Below, piece by piece: positions 13,091 through 26,008 of a DNA stretch of 64,000 bases. The notes beneath the pieces are model-generated. The model did not search any database. It was not told the origin of the DNA and saw only the letters and a program-made list of their open reading frames with translations. The translations under genes were made by a program, and so were the position numbers. This DNA comes from Octopus bimaculoides. Lineage: Eukaryota. Position 1 is the stretch's first letter, and each line of letters opens with the position of its first letter. The stretch is taken from positions 56,122,303 through 56,186,302 of the forward strand of contig NC_068997.1 of the NCBI RefSeq assembly GCF_001194135.2, in the 5' to 3' direction.

Positions 13091-13678
13091 ACAATTTTTT
13101 CTATATATCATTATACATATATAATGATATATATGCGTGTGTGTGTGTGTGTTGCTGTTCTTTAGTGTGAGGTTAGCTTTAATGAGAAGACCAATAAAGA
13201 AAGTTTGCCAGCCATGACTATTCCATCTAATTTCTAGTCAATATCTCTTAAACTACCTTTTCTAATGTTTCCCAATTTTAAAATAATTCAATGTAATTTG
13301 ATATACTGTTTCCCCTTTCATTCTCATGACACATCCAGTCCATGCCTACTTGCCCTGTTTATTTCCAGGCATTTCAAATCTTCTGCAACCAATACACATG
13401 TTTCTTCACTATGCAACATTGCATTCCATACACAAGCATCTCTCGTCTGTAAAAGGAAACGAAATACTACAAAAGTAATAATGAACCACAAAACCTTTCT
13501 TTTCAGAATATCCACTTATTGGTTTAACTCTCATAGCACACTCGTAGAGATGCCTAACACTTTGTGTCTTACTCACACACGCACACATATATGTATATGT
13601 ATGTACATACATACATATATGTATATACTTATGTATATATATATTTACATATATATATATATATATATNNNNNNNNNN

Positions 13679-13753
<75 letters not shown>

Positions 13754-14693
13754 TTATATATGTATATCTCTGTGTGTATTAGAGCACTTTACAACAGTAG
13801 AATAAACGAGTTTGGTCTTCACACATAATGTTTATAGGAAATGGATGTTGCGTAGTAGCATTAATTATACATTGGGAAATATTATTCAATTATCTTCTTT
13901 ACAAGTGAATGAGTTCTTGGTTTGTTAATGCACTTTAAGCACTCTCACCCTTTAGCTCTTTCACACATGTCTCTGCTTTAAACAAAATGGTTGCCGTGAA
14001 AGTGGGGTATGTCGTAATTAATATACAACGATTCTAATTGGAAAGTGTAAATAATTAAATGAATCATGAATACATAATACATCGGTTGGTACATTTGAGT
14101 TCTGAGATTAAAAATGGCTAATGGTAATTTTGTCACTACGTAAACACATAAGTGTTTGTGTGTAATGTGTGTGTGTGTGTATGTGCATGTGTGTGTGTGT
14201 ATGTGCAAGCGTACATGTGTGTGTGTGAGAGAGAGAGAGAAGCAGAAAGAACACATATATACATACATATGCATGCACATGTGTGTACATGGTTATAACA
14301 ATAGTTATATGCTCATCAGCCCATCTGTATCTATCTCTGCATCTCCCTCTCACTTGCTCTTCCTATCTCTCTCTCTCTCTCTCTCTCGCTTTCTCTTCCA
14401 CTCTCTCCCCTCTTTCTCTTGCTCTATCTCCTCCTCTTTCCCTTCGCTTTCACTCTTTCTGTATCACCCTCATCATCTTCGTCATCATCATCTTCGTCAT
14501 CCTTGATCTAAATTCCACTTTTCCATGCTTGCATGGGTTGGATGAAATTTGCAGAGACAGGTTTGTCATGGCCAGATGCTCTTTCTGTCTCCAACCTTCA
14601 CCTGTTTCCAGGCATGTTTTTATGGTGGAAACAGGCATCGCTCCGATTATGGCAACTTGCATTTAAAACATTACATGATGTTGAAAACAAGGA

Positions 14694-14728
<35 letters not shown>

Positions 14729-15030
14729 TTGTGTGTGTGTGTGTGTGTGTGCATGCATGCCTGTGTGCCTATCAGAATAAATGTAGATGCCATCAGTTTT
14801 CTGAAGAACTTCTCTTGTGGGACTCTTACAACATGGATATTCAATAAGACACGGCCAAAAATACCAATTGCTGTTTGATTCTCTTAATATAAGATCATTG
14901 GATACGAACTGGTTGTTGATTGGTCAGCTTTGATACATCCTAATTAAAGGTGTAACTTCTTCATTTAATTGCTGCAATTATTCAAATACATCTTCCAGCG
15001 AATGAACCGAGGTTTCTTGTTATTACTTAC

Positions 15031-15055
15031 CTTCAGTTCTTGGTTCCATTGTCAT
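15031..15055 (-). CDS. Candidate first coding exon of a minus-strand gene: MTMEPRTE (phase 1)
   Basis: Consensus donor AAG|gtaagt after 15031; upstream frames all contain stops, consistent with 5' UTR; ATGs in good context (attATGa, acaATGg). Confidence 0.35.
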
Positions 15056-15626
15056 AATCTTTCATAGGGAGTAGACATCTTATTGGTGCTGGTTTACCTT
15101 CAAATAAACTTAGTTCAGCCAAATCTGCAAATATTGCTCTGTACCTTCGATGTATTTTGAAAGAACAACAGAAGTTGATGGCTTTTATATTGGAGAAAGA
15201 AAGAGAGGGTGGGAAAGAAGAGTGATGGAAAAAGAGTGAGGGAAAAGGAGACAGAGAGGTTATGAGTATTAATGAGATGTGATAAACAGAGAGATTGAGA
15301 TAGAGACAAAGAGAGAGAGAGTGTGCGAGAGAGAGAAAGAGAGAGACTATAAGCATGAGTGTAAAAGGGGTAACTAGAATGATAGATGTGAGAGGATTGT
15401 GGGGCAGGAAGAAGAGGATGATGTTTGAATTGTTTTATAGTTAATGTCACTGTGCCATAATCACACAAGGTGTCACTGGAGGAGTTATATCCTCATTTAT
15501 TGTCAACCTGGCCCTACTGACTCCTATTCCAGTCAATTAAGCATCCCTATTTACCTCCCTTATTTCCACACCAGATGGCAGCAGTTTACTTGTTGCTTTT
15601 TCCCATGTTTCACAGGAAGGTAGAAG

Positions 15627-15679
15627 ATGGCTTCTTCACCTAAAGTTATTCTTACTTCACCTGCTGCCAACTTCAACAG
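15627..15679 (+). CDS. Exon 1 (CDS part) of plus-strand 147-aa model: MASSPKVILTSPAANFN(R), phase 2
   Basis: ATG in context aagATGg with an upstream in-frame TAG; donor CAG|gtgtaa is weak; phase fits the 18117 exon. Confidence 0.4.
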
Positions 15680-16839
15680 GTGTAATACCTTTGAAGCAGC
15701 AGGTCTTTGACTGAAGACAACTCAGAACAGGAAACTGGTTAATCTTCAAACACAGGATGTCATCGATCTATTGATTACTGATAACATTTGCTTCATATTG
15801 GTTATTGATCTTTTAATGACTGACAGAACTATGCCAATAGCCTGGAGAGTAGCAAGTAGGTGGAAGCTAACATTAGCCAGTTTCTTTTCCAAAGGAATCC
15901 AATCTCTTGCTTATCAATGAAATGGCCCTTTGATAGTTGTGCTGCAGTCACTACAAGATAAAGACTTCAGTCAATCAGAAGAGAACCTTAGGACAAAACA
16001 GGCACCCCCACACAACTTTTACTCCATGTTTGATGAATAATATTGTCACATCACAATATGGATATTGGCATATCTTGTATGAATGGAGGCAACTTGATAG
16101 GCTGCCTCCAATATATTTAATTATCTACTTCTGTTCAGTATTTCAGCATGGGTGAATCTCCCTGAGTTTGCTTAACTCTAATGACAAACAGAGGCTGATT
16201 TGATAGCAAAATGACTGAGAACAAACTGAAGCAAAAACACTTGCCATAACACATTAAAATAATACCCCAATTCTGAATTGGTTGAACAGAAATCTAATAT
16301 TATTAAACACCCATCTCAAAAATAAATAAATAAATGGAATAAAAAGTGCAGCTGAATATTTTAAACTTTTAATTAAAAAAAAATTAAAACATAAATTAAA
16401 ATAAAATACTTTGTTTCTTCTATCTTGAAATGTCATCAAATATTTTCATGTTTCTCAGATGGTCTTCAGCTATTTTTTTTGCTTTTTTATTTGCTGCTGA
16501 AGTATCTTGCCTTCAAAAGTATAACTCACATCAGCTTTTAAAAACATCGTTGATGAAATGCGGATGGTTTTTGAAGTCCTAAATGCATTTTAAATTTAAA
16601 TAGCTGAACAGGGGGGAAAAAATTTTAATTCTGAGGGGAAATAAAGTGATGGGAATAAAATTAAAGGAAAGAAAAGGAAAAAACCAACAAAAAAACACAG
16701 CAATGTTTATGAATGATTTGAAATTATAACCAAGTGATGATAAAAAAAAAAAGAAACTAGAAAAGAACGAGTGAAAGCATTATACTAGGTTACCAGTTGT
16801 TTGTAAACTTCATGAAATGGTCACCAAGAATTTTTTTTT

Positions 16840-17625
16840 ACTGCCCTCCCCCCTCTCTCTCTCACTGTTTCTTTCTCTCTCTCCTCTTCACTCATTCTTT
16901 ATTTTCTCTTTCTATCTTTTCACTCTTGTTCTTAATTTCTCTCTTCCCTCTTCTAATTCTCATCTTCCCTTCCTCCTTCTCCCCCCTCTCTCTCTCTCTC
17001 TTCCATCTTCTCTTCTTTTCATTGTCCTTCACTCTTTCCTCTCCCTCCTTCCCTCATTTTTCTTTTGCCTTCTTTATCTCTGTCTCTCTCTCCGTCTCCC
17101 TCCCTCTCTTTCTTTTGCTCTTTTCTACCTTTCCAGCTTTCTTTACTCTTCATCCTTTTCATCAAATTCTTCCTATCTCTCCCTTCCCCCCATTTTCTCC
17201 TCTCTTTCCACTTCCTCTCCTCCCCATTCTCACTTCTTATTCTCTCACCTACCCCCTCTCAACAAACTCTCTCTCTCTCCCCCCCTTCTAGTTCTTCTCT
17301 CTCATCCTCCTCCCCTCCATTTCTCTCTCTCTCTCTCCACATTTTTCTCTTCTCCCTTCGCTTTGTCTCCCTTCTGCTCTCTAACTCCCTTTCTCTCTCT
17401 CTATCTCACTACTTCTTTACCTTGTCTCTCTCTACATTGTTGTCTCACTCTCTCTTTGTCTCCCTCGCTCTCTCCCTTTCTCTCACTCCCTCTTACTACA
17501 TCTCCCAAATTCCTTCTCCCCTCATTTGGCTTGCACACTCCCTTTCTGCTTCACTACTCTCCCCACTTCTCCATCTTTGCCCTATCTAAAGTTCTCTCTC
17601 TCTCTCTCTCTCTCTCTCTCCTTAC
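16840..17625. repeat. ~780-bp degenerate polypyrimidine (CT-rich) tract
   Basis: Almost only C/T on the + strand; source of the S/L/P/F-rich spurious ORFs. Confidence 0.95.
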
Positions 17626-17915
17626 TCTCCACAACCAACTAACGAGCTCCATCAGCAATACTAATTATTAGCTGCAACACACAGTCTTCTTCCATTTCTC
17701 TTTCTCATCATTTTACTCTCTGTTCTCCTCACAAACTCATTAATCTATCATATGACATTGAATCACATCACAACAGGTACAGGAAATATTTCCCCTGACA
17801 GATGGGGAGTGGTGGGAGAAATATAAGAGCAAAGGGTGGAGACATCGAATGATGAGGTTTTTTGTTTTAGTTCTGTTTGTATAGTTTTGATGTCAATATT
17901 TTCCCAAAGTAAAGT

Positions 17916-18052
17916 GGGTGAGCTGGCAGACACGTTAGCATGTCAGGCAAAATGCTTTGCAGCATTTCGTCTGCTGTTATGTTCTGAGTTCAAATTCCAG
18001 CAAGATCGACTTTTCCTGTCATCCTTTCAGGGTTGATAAATTAAGTACCAGT
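17916..18052 (+). mobile_element. SINE family A
   Basis: ggtgagctggcagacacgttagca...gttctgagttcaaattcc...tcatcctttcagggttgataaattaagtaccagt; A-box/B-box-like head. Confidence 0.85.
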
Positions 18053-18116
18053 TAAAGATATTTTTTAATCCACATCATTAACTGGTTGTTATATTATTAT
18101 TGTTATTTCTGTTCAG

Positions 18117-18196
18117 AACAGACTTGTTTTTTAAAAAGAAATCTACAAGTCCGTCTATGAGTGCTTGTGAATTGCCAGTTGTTTCTACAAGTGATG
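18117..18196 (+). CDS. Exon 2: TDLFFKKKSTSPSMSACELPVVSTSD, phase 2->1
   Basis: Acceptor tgttatttctgttcag, donor ATG|gtatgt, only one open frame. An alternative acceptor 5 nt downstream (aacag) would start in phase 1. Confidence 0.6.
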
Positions 18197-18527
18197 GTAT
18201 GTGTGAATCTAGTTCGAGTGAAAGTGATTCAGAAAATGATTAGAACAATAATATTTTTTATTATAAATGATCTTGACATCCCTTTTACTTTATGTAAAAT
18301 ATTCTTTCCATTCCACTGTTGTTTTATTGCCATTTATTTACGAGTACTATGAATTTTATAAGTAAAATATTTTTCTGGGAACAAATTATGATTTATAGCA
18401 TTACTACAATGGGAAATTATTGCTCTGCTTTATGAGTTTTCACTTTACGATTGGTCTCCAGGAACAAATTAACTTGTATATCAAGACATTACTGTATTTG
18501 TTTTGAATTATTTTCCTTCACCCAAAG

Positions 18528-18644
18528 GTCACGCAAATTTTATTAATCAACTTGATAGAAGACAATTGCCAAAGTTCTGTCAGAAAAGGATTGAACCTAA
18601 AGTCAGAAGCTTATATAGTGAAATACTGGATCTCAGCGATACCG
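18528..18644 (+). CDS. Exon 3: (G)HANFINQLDRRQLPKFCQKRIEPKVRSLYSEILDLSDT, phase 1->1
   Basis: 117 nt; acceptor ttttccttcacccaaag, donor CCG|gtaaat; phase continuous with exon 2. Confidence 0.6.
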
Positions 18645-18784
18645 GTAAATGTTCCATGTCAGCAAAATGTCCCAGAGTAATCAACCTGAATTATTTCTAT
18701 ATTTTTTTGCTACATTACAAAACCATTATTATCATTCCCAATTTTATAAATCATCACACCAAGAAGAATTTGCCACTTATATAC

Positions 18785-18823
<39 letters not shown>

Positions 18824-19192
18824 NNNNNNNNNNNNNNNNNNNNNNNNNNNNNNNNNNNNNNNNNNNNNNNNNNNNNNNNNNNNNNNNNNNNNNNNNNNNN
18901 NNNNNNNNNNNNNNNNNNNNNNNNNNNNNNNNNNNNNNNNNNNNNNNNNNNNNNNNNNNNNNNNNNNNNNNNNNNNNNNNNNNNNNNNNNNNNNNNNNNN
19001 NNNNNNNNNNNNNNNNNNNNNNNNNNNNNNNNNNNNNNNNNNNNNNNNNNNNNNNNNNNNNNNNNNNNNNNNNNNNNNNNNNNNNNNNNNNNNNNNNNNN
19101 NNNNNNNNNNNNNNNNNNNNNNNNNNNNNNNNNNNNNNNNNNNNNNNNNNNNNNNNNNNNNNNNNNNNNNNNNNNNNNNNNNNNNNNNNNNN
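18824..19192. other. Assembly gap (others at 13669-13678, 23291-23532, 31580-31666, 51865-51874)
   Basis: N runs, most abutting microsatellites; this one lies in intron 3 of the plus-strand model and could hide sequence. Confidence 0.99.
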
Positions 19193-19743
19193 ATTATCAT
19201 TTACCTCTGTCATATACATACATACATACATACATATACATACATACATACATATACATACATACATACATACATACACATACATACATACATATACATA
19301 CATACATACATACATACATATACATACATACATACATATACATACATACATACATATATATGTATGCACATAGATTCATGTCACTGTTGCTGCGAGTCAC
19401 CCATTGCTGTAGAACGTATTGTAAACGGCCTTTATTATTAGCCCTTTCCTAGTCATACATCAACTATTCTACTTAGTTGCTCCACATATCAATATATATT
19501 CTATAAGATCATTGTTATCAGCCCTCGCCCATCATATATCAATGATGCAACTATTCAACCAGCCTGGCAATAACTATATTCTATATGGTCATTCTTACAA
19601 GCTGCCATTATACAACACCGTTCCAATTTATTTAACCAATATATATTCTAAGTGGCGTTTGTCAATTATCTTCGCCAATATATATTCTAAGTGACCATTC
19701 ATACAGAATTCTGTCTTGACATGTCTGCAAGAAATCTAACCAG

Positions 19744-19937
19744 AAATATTGGAAACAAGATCACCAGAACGATGTCAACATTGTAAACACACATCAGAAA
19801 AAGCCATGGCATCGCCTCTGGTATTAACAAAAAATTTTGACTTTCACAGAATACTGAACTTGAATTTTTTTAATAAAAATTTGAATAGAAATATTTTCCA
19901 ACAACGAAGCTACACATGGCCTCCAACAAGATCTTAA
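19744..19937 (+). CDS. Terminal exon 4: (E)ILETRSPERCQHCKH...IFQQRSYTWPPTRS*
   Basis: Phase-1 acceptor ctaaccag (weak pyrimidine tract); 63 open codons in AT-rich DNA; AATAAA about 65 nt after the stop. Confidence 0.5.
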
Positions 19938-21755
19938 CACGATACAAACATCTGCACTACTGACTTTCAATGTTCCAATTATTATTTTTAGTTCATTATT
20001 AGAAATAAAACAAAAGTTACTGTTTTATTATTTACTGACAATTTCAAACGATTTTGTTAGAAACAGTGATTTTTTTTTTATTCATTATTGTTTACTTACA
20101 ATTTTTTACAAAATTCTTTTAACTTCAAAAATTCAGATGTTAGTTCAAAGTTCCACACAGCCAACAGCAACATTGTAAATATATATAAAAATGTTAATTT
20201 GTAGTTGAAATAATGAAACAGAATCAATAAACCAGCTGCCATGCTTCTAATAATAAAACAAAATTGTACAGACATTGTGATTATGGAAATTCGGTAGAAT
20301 CCAAACAGCTTATAAATGCAAACCAAAGTCACATACAAATTAACAAAAAATTATTTAAGGTAATCTTTAAAGTTGTTTATGGCTGAAGTAGACATTTTAT
20401 TATGTCAGGCATCAAAGGTTTTGTCACAGAAAACAAATTTAAGTTGTTTTTTGTTGTTTTTTGTTGATTTCAGAAGTGTATTTAGCATGTTTCTGTCATG
20501 TCCAGATTTTGCAAAATGAAGTAATAATTATTTGTGCTTACATAATGATCAAGCTTAGTCTTGCTTCATTGCATGTGAAAGGGGAGCATATCACATGACA
20601 TATCCTAATTACTGCATCAGATCATGTCTACTCATTCAGTGGCCATCAACTAGACGTGTTTATGTATATCAAACAGCAATTTTACAATGTCTGTCAGTAA
20701 TATACATAATATTATAATAATGAAGCAATAACATCAACGAAGAAACTTGCTTCTTTGGTTGTAAGAAAACTGAACGTCACCCTTCACAGTCCTTTTGATT
20801 CAGTGTGACCTCTCAAATCAGTAAGATTTTGTCTGATTGAAATATTGCTTTCCCAACAGTAATGGCTTCACTATGCGGAGCAGGTTGGCCTCAAATTACC
20901 TCCTCCAAGACATATCCTTCTCAGTCGTCTTTAGTCCTCTCATCATGTCCCACCTTCTATTCTCATGCTAATGCCTCCATCAAGCCCTTACTTCCTGGGG
21001 GTAGGGATTAAAATTCTATCCCTGCACATGTCTATACTAAATGTCTTGGAGAGCCTATAAAAACCATGGACACTGCTCTCTCTCCTCCAATCTTAGAAGG
21101 GGGGGGGGAATGACAAAAATAACTGGTTTCAGAAAAATAATAAATAAACAAAAGATCGACTTTTCAAAATGCGAATTAAAAATTTAAACCAACGTCACAT
21201 GAAGTAAACTTATGAGTGATTTCTCCAACAACGATATCAGACAATTCTTTTGAAGATTCAGTTAGTGATATTGAAACAGAGAAAGATAATCCATATGTCC
21301 TACTTGCAGATAATTTCCCAAATCTGCCAAACCAAATGGAGTTAATTGACATGGTGCATGAGTTGTAATTAGCAAATGAATAGCCAGAGTTGTTTGATTC
21401 CAGAAATCAACAATTGTATCTCCTTCAGCCAATCACCACACTTTCCTGTTTGCTATTGTCATGTGAAGGTTTTTAAAATCATTTTACAAAGTAAAATTGT
21501 TTGTTCTTTCTGTGACATTTGTGGTTTAATGGAAGAGGTTAGCTGCAGCTATGATGTCAGTGAGATGATACTGTTTAGGTGATTTAGTAAAGTCAGTCAT
21601 CAAGCCATCTTACAGCACAATGCCAATGAGAAAGCTTCACTGACTATGGTGGATGTTCTTAACATTGTTCAAGCATCTGCTGTAATAACATTTGTTGTCT
21701 GCACGTTTATATATATTTGTATAAATGCATGTGTGTGTTTGTGTGTGTGTGTGCA

Positions 21756-21811
<56 letters not shown>

Positions 21812-23532
21812 CCTGCTAAATTATTCTATGCTTATTGCATCCATATTTCTTCTATCTCTCATAACAGTGGTAGAAATAATGAATAGACCATTAGTTCATT
21901 TCCTTTTCGTCGGTGATATCATTTATACGTGTACCAAAATAACTAGACTGTAGACAGAAAACTCCACAAACTTCTTTCACATTCCTTGTAGAAAGTCATT
22001 AACAGGATTAACTTTTAATTTATGCGTGAATCACTGTTATTTCTGACAGTGCAGACTTAACAGTGGTTTAATAAAATCATAGTTGGAAAAGACTTCAAAA
22101 ATTAAATATAAAATTTTCTTTTCAGTTTTAATTTCAATAAAAAATGAAAACAATTTATACAAAACCTCCTTCATACTTAATTCTCTTTGGAACCAATCCT
22201 TCAAAGAATTGTCAATAGAAAGTTAGATAATCTTACTACACAAGCCTCTATCAGATATATGAAATGTATGTTATAGTATCACATTTATTAAATACCAATT
22301 TAAGCTCTATTTTGTTAAATGCCACTATTTTGACAACACGGGTATACTAATAGCAATATAAACACGACACAGAAAATATACAGTCTTATGAAATAAAAGC
22401 TGAAGAATAAAACGAAAAAAAAAAGTGTTGTCTTTGGTTGTAGAAAATCTAGAAGTGATAAGGAAATTTAGTTTCCATATCGGAATTCAGAATTAACGAT
22501 TTTGTAGGAAACAGTAATTGCCATTTCAGCAATAGAAAAAATTGAAATAGGCTGCCTGGTGTTATATTTATTTAAATGTCACTCGATCATTTAGTGTTAT
22601 ATATATTTAAATGTCATTTGTCCTTGAGGAAGAGAATTATAAGTCATAATCATTAATATTAATTAGATTGCCAAAATATACAGCTTTCTTTTTATAAGTG
22701 TATTAATGGACTTTATGATTGTTAGGTGTTAAATATACGAAGTAAGTACAAACGTATCAAATGAACAAAATCTTGCATGGCTTTTGTGAACTATGGAATT
22801 GTAACTTTTGTATGAAATGCGGGCTTTTACCTCGTAATGTAATGTTCAATAAAACACGGGGCAATGACATTTTAATGGTTGATAAAATATGACGATATTT
22901 CAATATTAATGACATGAAACAAATGGAAATATTATTTCCTAATTGTGTGTTTTTCTGAACAAACATAATATTGATGGAAAGTTATATAACATGGCAAGAT
23001 AAAGTGACACTAAAAAATAGATTATAGTTTTAGCTTATGATTGACTGTTGTATCAATGTAATTGTGTGCGTGTGTGCGCGTGTGTGTCCTGATACATTAA
23101 TGTAGCTAACAGAAAAAACACTCCAGAATAAAATCAAGCTATAAACTGAAATATAAGTGTGTAGATGCATGAATTTATGTAAGTACATATATTTATATAT
23201 ATATATACATAGTGTGTGTGTGTATATATATATGTGTGTGTGTGTGTATATATATATATACAGCACAGAATTTTGTCAGTGAATAGGTCGNNNNNNNNNN
23301 NNNNNNNNNNNNNNNNNNNNNNNNNNNNNNNNNNNNNNNNNNNNNNNNNNNNNNNNNNNNNNNNNNNNNNNNNNNNNNNNNNNNNNNNNNNNNNNNNNNN
23401 NNNNNNNNNNNNNNNNNNNNNNNNNNNNNNNNNNNNNNNNNNNNNNNNNNNNNNNNNNNNNNNNNNNNNNNNNNNNNNNNNNNNNNNNNNNNNNNNNNNN
23501 NNNNNNNNNNNNNNNNNNNNNNNNNNNNNNNN

Positions 23533-23727
23533 GTGCGGGTGACACGTAAAAGCACCCACTACACTCTCTGAGTGGTTGGCGTTAGGAAGGGCATCCAGCT
23601 GTAGAAACTCTGCCAAATCAGACTGGAGCCTGGTGTTGCCATCCGGTTTCACCAGTCCTCAGTCAAATCGTCCAACCCATGCTAGCATGGAAAGCGGACG
23701 TTAAACGATGATGATGATGATGATGAT
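23533..23727 (+). mobile_element. Retroposon family B 3' core, 5' end lost in N-gap
   Basis: aaaagcacccactacactctctgagtggttggcgttaggaagggcatccagctgtagaaac...gcggacgttaaacgatgatgatgat. Confidence 0.9.
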
Positions 23728-24589
23728 ATATATGTATATATATATAGTTATCTAAGAATCCACAAGTCAGAAAATGCAGGCACTCATATATTTCTCAATT
23801 TCATAGATACATTAACATTTATTGTATTCAGTATTGTAGATCTATTTCAACCAGTTTTACCAATCGGTCTCACACATGAGAATTCGAAGAAAACTGAATC
23901 CAGGTACTCGTCAGAAGGGCTAATATGATATCTATGGTGACGGCTCTGTGCTACAGGAGAGAAATGTTACGTCTGCTTTGTGGGTATTGCGAAAAACTGG
24001 AACGAAAGAAATTGGGGAGAATGTTCAGAAAGAAAGTACATCTGCAGTTGTGTGATTTTTCAGTTTCCTACCATTGCAGTTGGAGAATTCAGCATTAGGT
24101 TTATTACACACACACAAACACACGCATATACATGTACATGTCGAAGCATGATTTTAAGATTGGTCGCCTACAGAACCCAATGACGATAGAGTTTAGCCAA
24201 GACAGCTATGTAGTAAAAGAAGAAGAACAACAACAAATGGCCCTTTTCATCTGCAGCACCTACCAGTCAGCATCCCTCCCCTGGCATAGATAGAATAGAA
24301 AATAATTTTCTATGAGAACGCTATCACATTACTTTCCAGATGACTTTTTACTGAAAGCACATATTAACTGGATTATAATGACAATATCAATTAGAATTTC
24401 TAAGCAATTTTTTTCATGTCAGCTCACTTGTACATGTGTAAAATGTGTGTGTGTGTGTGTAGTTTTTTGAAAATTGATCCATGATATTAAAATTCAATTT
24501 CAGTAAACCTTATATTCGACAGCATTGAATTGTATCAATAAAAACAATCCAACATTATGTGCTATGGTATAAATATAGCTTAGTCTTTT

Positions 24590-24790
24590 CTACTCTAGGC
24601 ACAAGGCAGGAAATTTTGGGGGAGGGGGCCAGTCGATTAGATCGACACCAGTATGCAACTGGTACTTAATTTATCAACCCCAAAAAGTTGAAAGGCAAAG
24701 TTGACCTCGACAGAATTTGAACTCAGAACATAAAAGCAGATGAAATACTGCTAAGCATTTCGCCCGGCGTGCTACCGATTCTGCCAGCTT
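24590..24790 (-). mobile_element. SINE family A, relatively young copy (CpGs retained)
   Basis: Reverse complement of family A head and body; further minus copies at 28955-29150, 37255-37460, 38140-38320, 45300-45470. Confidence 0.85.
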
Positions 24791-25889
24791 GTCATCGTAT
24801 ACAAATAGCTTAATATATGATTTCAGGTGATCTTTTCATATGTTCCCCATATAATTTCATATTTACTTAATAATATATATCTTGCAGACTACTGACTCAA
24901 TCTATTGTATGTACGAGCAACTTTCTTTGATATATTACAAAAAATATGCATTTGAACTTTATATCAAAATATTTAATCATTTAGCTTTATTTTATTTAAA
25001 AAATGAAAATATAATTTGCTTGTGTTAAACAATTTTTTTCAATTTCTTTGAAGTGAGTTTACTTGAGGCTAAAATTGTGAAATGGTGAATCTTGCCAATG
25101 CATTGCATGTTGGGTATTAATTGAAGAACTATCTTGGGATATTTTATTTTTTGAATGTAAAACAATATTCAGCTCCATATTTAGCCACAAAAAAAAAGAG
25201 AAAAAGAAAACAGAACCCCTTTTTTCTCTGAATAGGTCTCATGAAATCTTACAATCTGACAAACTTACAATGTCTTTAAGAATATGAATTCTTTTTGTTT
25301 TTTTTTCAATTTGAGGTTGACTAAGAAAAATTGTTATTTTTCAGTCCCCTAAAAGAAAAATTCACCAATGGCTGTAAAACAAACTGGGAATCTACTGTAG
25401 AATCAAAGTAGTCTTGAAATATTGCATTGTGGTGGTGTTGCCACATATTACTAGCTAAAAAATTGGCAAGTTGTTAAATAAAAATATCATATCCTGAAAA
25501 TATGATTTCTTAGATGTTGTTGAAGAGGTCATGATAGGCTCTGAATAAACCACACGAGCATATGGGTGGGTGGTCAAACACATGGCTATGAACTCACCTG
25601 AAATTTTTGTTTGATGAACGAATTTGTAAATTTTACAATTGCGGAAATGTAATCATGGATGCCAGTCCCATTTCTATGCTTGATTTTTATCCACTTTCAC
25701 TAGAAATCTTTTACCTCCAACTCTAATAACAATGCCTTAAAAAACGACAACCGTGAGGTCACAAATGATAAAATCAAAGTAACTAAAAAAGCATGAAATT
25801 TATAAAAACAATTTTAACGATTCGTATGATAAAGCTACAAAAAGAAGAAAAGAAAGAAAAGAAAAGCAATAAAAACAACTGACTCAATG

Positions 25890-26008
25890 TTACACATGAT
25901 AAATATCAGTGTTGGCTTGATGTGCCATGAAATGCAAAATGTTTTGTCGCCAAACGTCTGAATCCACATTAAATTCAGAGAGATGGTCCCTAATCAAATC
26001 AAACTTGC
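25890..26008 (-). CDS. Candidate exon, phase 1: (G)KFDLIRDHLSEFNVDSDVWRQNILHFMAHQANTDIYHV*
   Basis: Strong acceptor ttttaacacttagctttacag; single open frame; globular-looking composition; 3' boundary (stop versus weak donor) unclear. Confidence 0.35.

Noticed and set aside
13340-13465. Minus exon-like segment TRDACVWNAMLH... with a strong acceptor
   Set aside because: No GT donor, and another frame resembles a decayed RTE 3' end.
16797-17671. 164-284 aa S/L/F/P-rich ORFs
   Set aside because: A polypyrimidine tract lacks stop codons by composition.
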